Of a DNA stretch of 64,000 nt, positions 59,093-64,000 are shown piece after piece. The DNA is from Candidatus Poribacteria bacterium (GTDB lineage: Bacteria; Poribacteria; WGA-4E; PCPOR2b). The notes beneath the pieces are model-generated. The model saw only the letters and a list, made by a program, of their open reading frames with translations. It did not search any database and was not told the DNA's origin. Where the stretch lies: positions 2,624,001-2,688,000 of the forward strand of contig OZ220744.1 of the NCBI GenBank assembly GCA_965116925.1, in the 5' to 3' direction. Within the stretch, counting starts at the first letter, position 1. The number at the start of each line of letters is the position of its first letter. The translations under genes and the position numbers were made by a program.

Positions 59093-59161
59093 GTTGATTT
59101 TCCTTCTCGTCGGCATCGGGAGGTGTTGTGGGAGTGGGGGATAGCCTTCCCAAGAGGGTTA

Positions 59162-59794
59162 CTAGCGGCAAAACTCTTGGGAGATTGCATCAAGAAGCTG
59201 GTCGTCGATTCGACAGCGTTCTGCGGAGATGATGTTGCGGATTTGAGTTACAGCTTCTTCGACATTATGGTCCGGATTCACGATACAGTAGTTGTACTCT
59301 TTAACACAACCGAATTCTGATTTCGCTGTCAGTAAACGCTGTTGAAGTTCCGAATCGGATTCTGTCTTGCGGTTGCGAAGCCGCTTTTCTAAACTTTCGA
59401 GGGAGGGAGGTAAAAGAAAAATACTGGTATAGCGGATGCCAAGATCTTTTATCTTCTTGGCACCGTGCACATCAATTTCTAAAATTAGATCCTTACCGCT
59501 TTCGATGGTTGATTCTATTGTGGATTTTAAGGTGCCGTAGTAGTGTCCGCCATATTTCACCCATTCCAGAAAACCGTTGCACCGAATTAGATCTTCAAAT
59601 TCACTTTCGTCCAAAAAATAGTAGTCAACGCCATCAACCTCGTCGGAACGGGGTGGGCGGGTTGTTGCGGAGATCGAAAACGCTAGCGTTGTGTCGCTTT
59701 TGCAGAGTGCTTTGATAACACTCGTTTTGCCAGTTCCAGAGGGGCCCGATATAAGAATGAATAATCCCTTCTGGGAGGGTTGATTATTCCACAT
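59162..59794 (-). CDS. gmk: Guanylate kinase
   Basis: SGPSGTGKTS, SISATTRPPR..EVDGVDYYF, YYGT, EIDVHGA. Confidence 0.96.
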   Translation of the reverse strand: MWNNQPSQKGLFILISGPSGTGKTSVIKALCKSDTTLAFSISATTRPPRSDEVDGVDYYFLDESEFEDLIRCNGFLEWVKYGGHYYGTLKSTIESTIESGKDLILEIDVHGAKKIKDLGIRYTSIFLLPPSLESLEKRLRNRKTESDSELQQRLLTAKSEFGCVKEYNYCIVNPDHNVEEAVTQIRNIISAERCRIDDQLLDAISQEFCR

Positions 59795-60668
59795 TCTGAA
59801 CCAATTCCCGAATTTTTTCGATCTCTGTTTTCAGGGCAACGGTGGCGTAGGAGATGGAGGATCGAGACGCTTTGGCGGAAATGGTGTTTACCTCTCGATT
59901 CATCTCTTGCAGCAGGAAGTCGAGTTGTCTGCCGATGGGTTGGGTTGCTTGCAAATATTCATCAAACTGAGAGCAGTGGCTATCGAGTCTCACCAGTTCC
60001 TCTGTGATGTCTGAACGAGAGGCGATGATGCCAGCCTCCATCGTGAGACGGTATGGGTCAATTTTAACGCGCCCCTCAAGGAGTTCGTTCAAACGCGATT
60101 CGAGTCTTGTATGTGTGGATTCCACGAGATCAGCACTAGCTGCTTTTATCTTCCGGGTCAGGAGTTGGATAGAGTGGAGAATTCCTTTGATTTCTTCAAG
60201 CATAGCAGCCCCTTCTGCTCGCTTGGTTGTCTCCAATCCATCCAGAGCGGTGTCTAGGTGAGACTGTAACACCTTCCACACGGCTTCTTCGTCCAGATCG
60301 GCTTCCTGTGCAGTTAGGACGCCGGGGAGTTGCACTAGCAAGGAAAGTGAGATCTCATCCCCGAATTGCAGCCTATTTTGTAATTTTACAAGTGCTTGAT
60401 GGTATTGCTCTGCCAGCTTAGAATCGAGAATGGGGAGTTGGTTTGAAACTGAAGCATCCTCGGTCCACTCGACTGTGGCTTGGACTTGCCCTCTTGAAAC
60501 CCGGTTCCGTATGGTGCTGTGAATCTGATGATCGAACCTAGATAGAAACTCTGGGGTACGGACGGTTACTTTACAGTATCGAGCGTTCCACGATTTGATC
60601 TCAATAATCAACTGGCCAAAGGGTGTTTCTGCTTTATGCCGACTGTAGCCCGTCATACTTCTAATCAT
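59784..60668 (-). CDS. yicC: YicC/YloC family endoribonuclease
   Basis: MIRSMTGY, EIKSWN.RY, DITEELVRL.SH, GRQLDFLLQEMNREVNTI.AK, IRELVQNVE. Confidence 0.93.
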   Translation of the reverse strand: MIRSMTGYSRHKAETPFGQLIIEIKSWNARYCKVTVRTPEFLSRFDHQIHSTIRNRVSRGQVQATVEWTEDASVSNQLPILDSKLAEQYHQALVKLQNRLQFGDEISLSLLVQLPGVLTAQEADLDEEAVWKVLQSHLDTALDGLETTKRAEGAAMLEEIKGILHSIQLLTRKIKAASADLVESTHTRLESRLNELLEGRVKIDPYRLTMEAGIIASRSDITEELVRLDSHCSQFDEYLQATQPIGRQLDFLLQEMNREVNTISAKASRSSISYATVALKTEIEKIRELVQNVE

Positions 60669-60670
60669 GA

Positions 60671-61129
60671 TTAATCCGCCGCTTCTTGCCATTCAACTAA
60701 GATTGGAGATTCAACCCGAATTGCATCTTTGATACAGACCTCTTCACAGAGTTTGCATCCGACACAATCTCTTGGTTTCACAAGTTCGCAGATGCCGAAG
60801 AAGCTCTCGGCATGTTCGCCGGTCGCTGGATCCTTTAGCTCTAGGCAATCCCACGGACAGATGTGGACACAGAAATCACAGCCAGAGCAGAGTTCCTCGT
60901 ATATGACAGCGATTGGGCGATCCTTGGGACGCTTGATAAACTTAGCGACATCTCCATTCTGATCATGGATGGCTTCGACCGGGCAGACCATACCGCACGC
61001 ACTACAATCGATACAGATATCCGGGTCGATGATATGAAGCATTTTGCGGTCGCCGGTGATGGCATCAACGGGGCAATTTGTCAGACATGCCATACAACCG
61101 ACACATTCTTCTGTTATGTAGTAAGCCAT
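60671..61129 (-). CDS. Multi-[4Fe-4S] ferredoxin
   Basis: Four CxxCxxCxxxC motifs. Confidence 0.9.
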   Translation of the reverse strand: MAYYITEECVGCMACLTNCPVDAITGDRKMLHIIDPDICIDCSACGMVCPVEAIHDQNGDVAKFIKRPKDRPIAVIYEELCSGCDFCVHICPWDCLELKDPATGEHAESFFGICELVKPRDCVGCKLCEEVCIKDAIRVESPILVEWQEAAD

Positions 61130-61426
61130 TAAAAACGCGCTCCCTCCTTTGAATTTGAGGACCTTTTCATTTGGAATGAGTAGCGAAAATCAGCGGTCAA
61201 TGCGGAAAAATTTTAGGCAGACTGCTGATCACTCATAATTATAACATGGATGCTACGATGAAATCAACAGAGATTGTTATTTGATTTTTAGTAAATTGAC
61301 CTAAATTGTTATCTGAAACATAATGCGTAAAGCGTGATACGTAAGAAGCAACTATTCGCTAGGGCGAAAGGAATAGGTAGAACGCAGATCTGCGTTCCCT
61401 ACGAATGATCCGCTCCATCTTTTTTA

Positions 61427-61455
61427 TTGACAGTATTTCTACAAAACGGTATGAT
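61427..61455 (+). promoter_or_regulatory. sigma70-like promoter
   Basis: TTGACA-N17-TATGAT upstream of the esterase gene. Confidence 0.55.
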
Positions 61456-61532
61456 GAGGAATTAAGGAATAGGGGTAGGAATAGATCGGCTATCCTCAAT
61501 TTACGCTTCACCTTTGACGGAGGTATCGGGGT

Positions 61533-62411
61533 ATGTATTCACCAGATGACATTCGGGAGTTTTGGGAAGGGACACGCGCCGCACTCAATGAAATTCCGAT
61601 GGCGCCTGAACTCTCACCTGCGCCTGAGTTGAGTGGCAGAGAGTTCGACACTTATAACGTGCGGTTGACCAGTTTCGGTGGAATCAAACTCCGGGGTTGG
61701 TACTCGGTGCCGAAGGATAATCCACGGGGAAAATGCTCGGCGATTCTGGCTGTCCCCGGTTATAGCGGGAGCAAGCAGATCCCAACGCAGATTGTGCTTC
61801 AGGGATACGCTGTCCTCACGTTGTTTCCACGGAGTCAGGGCGAGAGCAAGGCGGAGTGGCAGATTGAATCGGGGACGTATCTCACGTATCATATTACCGA
61901 TCGGGACAGGTATTTCTATCGTGGGGCGTATATGGATTGTGTACGGGGCATTGATTTCTTGGCGAGTCGGCCCGAAGTTGACCCAGATCGGATTGGGATG
62001 TGGAGTCGCAGTCAGGGCGGTGGATTCACGCTTGCAACGAGTTCCTTGGATGGGCGAATTAAAGCTGGGGTTGCCGAAGAGCCGTTTTTGTGTAACTATC
62101 CGCTTGCGATTAATGTGAAAACGAACCCGTATGTGGAGTTGGGCGAATATCTAAGCCAGCACCCTGACCGGAAAGAGGCCGTTCTTGAGACGCTTGCTTA
62201 TTTTGATCCGCTCAATCTGGTAGAAATGATTACCCGTCCGATGCTGGTCAATATCGGCATGAAAGACGACGTTTGCCCGTATCACACGATTGTTCCGGTG
62301 TTTGAACGGATCGTAAGCCATAAAGCGTTGATGATCTACCCCGATTTGGGGCATTCATCGTGTGCTGATTTCAACAACCATGCGAAAAATTGGTTGGATT
62401 TATATTTATAG
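61533..62411 (+). CDS. Acetylxylan esterase / cephalosporin-C deacetylase (CE7)
   Basis: FW..T, RSQG, YRGAYMDCVRGIDFL, SQGGG nucleophile, YFD..N, D.VCP, GH. Confidence 0.88.
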   Translation: MYSPDDIREFWEGTRAALNEIPMAPELSPAPELSGREFDTYNVRLTSFGGIKLRGWYSVPKDNPRGKCSAILAVPGYSGSKQIPTQIVLQGYAVLTLFPRSQGESKAEWQIESGTYLTYHITDRDRYFYRGAYMDCVRGIDFLASRPEVDPDRIGMWSRSQGGGFTLATSSLDGRIKAGVAEEPFLCNYPLAINVKTNPYVELGEYLSQHPDRKEAVLETLAYFDPLNLVEMITRPMLVNIGMKDDVCPYHTIVPVFERIVSHKALMIYPDLGHSSCADFNNHAKNWLDLYL

Positions 62412-62549
62412 TAAATTCAAAAAATAAACGGACACTTTCGCTCCCCGGTAGGTGCGGTTTCCAACCGCACCGCATTCAATCCAACCCGGTAGGCGCTGTT
62501 TCCAACTGCGCCGGTTTGGCGTGTCCCATTAATCCTAAGATCCACTATA
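62407..62549. mobile_element. MITE family A copy with two GTAG hairpins
   Basis: TATAGTAAATTCAAAAAATAAACGGACAC..GTGTCCCATTAATCCTAAGATCCACTATA; contains the esterase TAG. Confidence 0.8.
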
Positions 62550-62576
62550 TAACCAGAATTTATCAGGAGGGATTCA

Positions 62577-63662
62577 ATGCTAACGTATCAAGATATAGGT
62601 ATCAAACCTTTTATTAACGCAAGTGGGACTATCACCACGCTCGGTGGCAGCATCATGCCAACAGAGGTGGTTGAATCCATGCGTGAAGCAGCAACTTCGT
62701 TCATCCATCTCAATGAACTCCATGAGAGGGTCGGGGACAAATTGGCGGAGATGATTGGGGTCGAAGCTGCATTCGTTTCTTGTGGGGCTGCGAGTGGTGT
62801 GCAGGTCTCGGCTGCCGCGTGTCTGACGGGCACAGATATGGATCGCGTTCACAAGCTGCCGGACACGAGCGGCGCAAAAAACGAGTTTATTATCAGCTTG
62901 GTTGATTCGCACTTCTACATCCATCAGGGGATTGAGGCGGTCGGTGGAACGTTAGTCAAGGTCGGCACCCGCGAAGCGGTTACTGCAGCAGACATGATAG
63001 ATGCGATTGGTCCCAATACCGCGGCGATTGTCTTCTTCTTTGGTGCACAACCGAAGGAGCAGCTTGCAGAGATTATTCCTGAAGCTACGGCGCGTGGGGT
63101 GCCTGTGGTGGTCGATGCCGCAGCACAGTTGCCGCCCCGATCGAACTTGACAGAGATTGCTGGTTTGGGTGCATCGTTGGTCAATTTCAGCGGCGGAAAA
63201 GGGATGCGTGGACCTCAAAATTCAGGATTGGTCATTGGGAAGAAGGAGTTTGTCGAAGCAGCACGGTATAACTCTAACCCGCACAGCGCGATTGGGCGTG
63301 GCATGAAGGTTGGCAAAGAGGAGGTCATGGGACTGCTCACAGCCGTTGAAGTCTTCCTTGGAAAAGATGAGAAAGAGGAGTATGCCGAGTGGCGTGCACA
63401 GATGGAACATATCGCCCAAGCCGCTGAGTCAATTGATGGAGTTCAGGCGCAGGTGGTCGATGCCAAGCAGCATCCTTCGGTGCAAATCACCCTTGACGCT
63501 TCAGTTGGGAAAACAGCGGCAGAGGTGAACAGTGAGTTGAGAGAGGGAACGCCCTCCATTGTAAACGGTGGGGGTAATGACAGTGTGGTGTTTAATCCGA
63601 TGACGCTTCTGCCGGGCGAGGAGGAAGCGATTGCTAACCGCTTGGTTGAAGTGTTGACGTGA
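62577..63662 (+). CDS. SelA-like PLP enzyme (DgaE D-glucosaminate-6-phosphate ammonia-lyase-like)
   Basis: FINASGTITTLGGS, VDAAA, FSGGKGMRGPQ.SG, IGRGMKVGKEE. Confidence 0.85.
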   Translation: MLTYQDIGIKPFINASGTITTLGGSIMPTEVVESMREAATSFIHLNELHERVGDKLAEMIGVEAAFVSCGAASGVQVSAAACLTGTDMDRVHKLPDTSGAKNEFIISLVDSHFYIHQGIEAVGGTLVKVGTREAVTAADMIDAIGPNTAAIVFFFGAQPKEQLAEIIPEATARGVPVVVDAAAQLPPRSNLTEIAGLGASLVNFSGGKGMRGPQNSGLVIGKKEFVEAARYNSNPHSAIGRGMKVGKEEVMGLLTAVEVFLGKDEKEEYAEWRAQMEHIAQAAESIDGVQAQVVDAKQHPSVQITLDASVGKTAAEVNSELREGTPSIVNGGGNDSVVFNPMTLLPGEEEAIANRLVEVLT

Positions 63663-63709
63663 TGCGTGAAACGCAAAAAGATAGAAGGCAAGGTGCCGAG
63701 GGGGACGTG

Positions 63710-64000
63710 ATGGACCGAGAGCAGATGAGCAACGAGGAGAACTATTGCTTCGATGTCGCTGGCTATCTAATTGTTCGAGATGTCCTGACGCGAGAAGATA
63801 TTGAGGCGTGTAACCAGGATCTCGATCAGAAAGGAACTACTCCACTACCGGAGTCTTTGGCAAAACTACGTGACCATCCTGTGTTGGAATGGTATCTCAA
63901 CCAGATCTGTGGGGAAGAGTTCCAACTTGACCGGGAGCCGCGTCTCCTCGGAGAGGCGGGGGAGAACGTAGGCAGTCCGCTGTTCGGCGGCAACGAGCCG
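63710..64000 (+). CDS. PhyH-family dioxygenase (partial, runs off window end)
   Basis: Own translation MDREQMSNEENYCFDVAGYLIVRDVLT..LRDHPVLEWYLNQICG. Confidence 0.7.
   Translation, partial: MDREQMSNEENYCFDVAGYLIVRDVLTREDIEACNQDLDQKGTTPLPESLAKLRDHPVLEWYLNQICGEEFQLDREPRLLGEAGENVGSPLFGGNEP

Noticed and set aside
62577..63662. Call as selenocysteine synthase selA
   Set aside because: Shorter than typical SelA, no selB or tRNA-Sec nearby, motifs fit the SelA-like/DgaE group.

Overview
Bacterial chromosomal window. The gene mix (PhyH dioxygenases, sugar isomerases, uxuA-like dehydratases, an LRR protein, dense intergenic repeats) resembles Candidatus Poribacteria, but that assignment is inference only. 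Core content: recD2, an RND permease, a minus-strand sugar-acid-like catabolic cluster, comEC, a tRNA(Thr-Tyr-Gly-Thr)-rpmG-tRNA(Trp)-secE-nusG-rplKA-rplJL block with no tuf and no rpoB, rsmA, coaBC, gmk and yicC. The best candidate for a new system is a ~7.3 kb co-oriented putative defence island between gmk and coaBC. It encodes an AAA ATPase, a PD-(D/E)xK-like partner, a helicase-less type ISP/IIG-like R-M enzyme, a VapC PIN toxin and a large frameshifted protein. That protein has a HEPN-like RxxxxxH motif and a VapB-like tail, overlaps vapC by ATGA, and is split at an (AG)4 tract. Other highlights: an ECF sigma-LRR fusion with an internal RBS/ATG, an L10 with four putative L12-dimer binding segments, a SecE with an inserted TM hairpin, an IS982 inside a MITE between rplA and the L10 leader, several nested MITE/REP families, and a decayed defence remnant after comEC. 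All family calls come from motif recognition by eye; no database searches were run.
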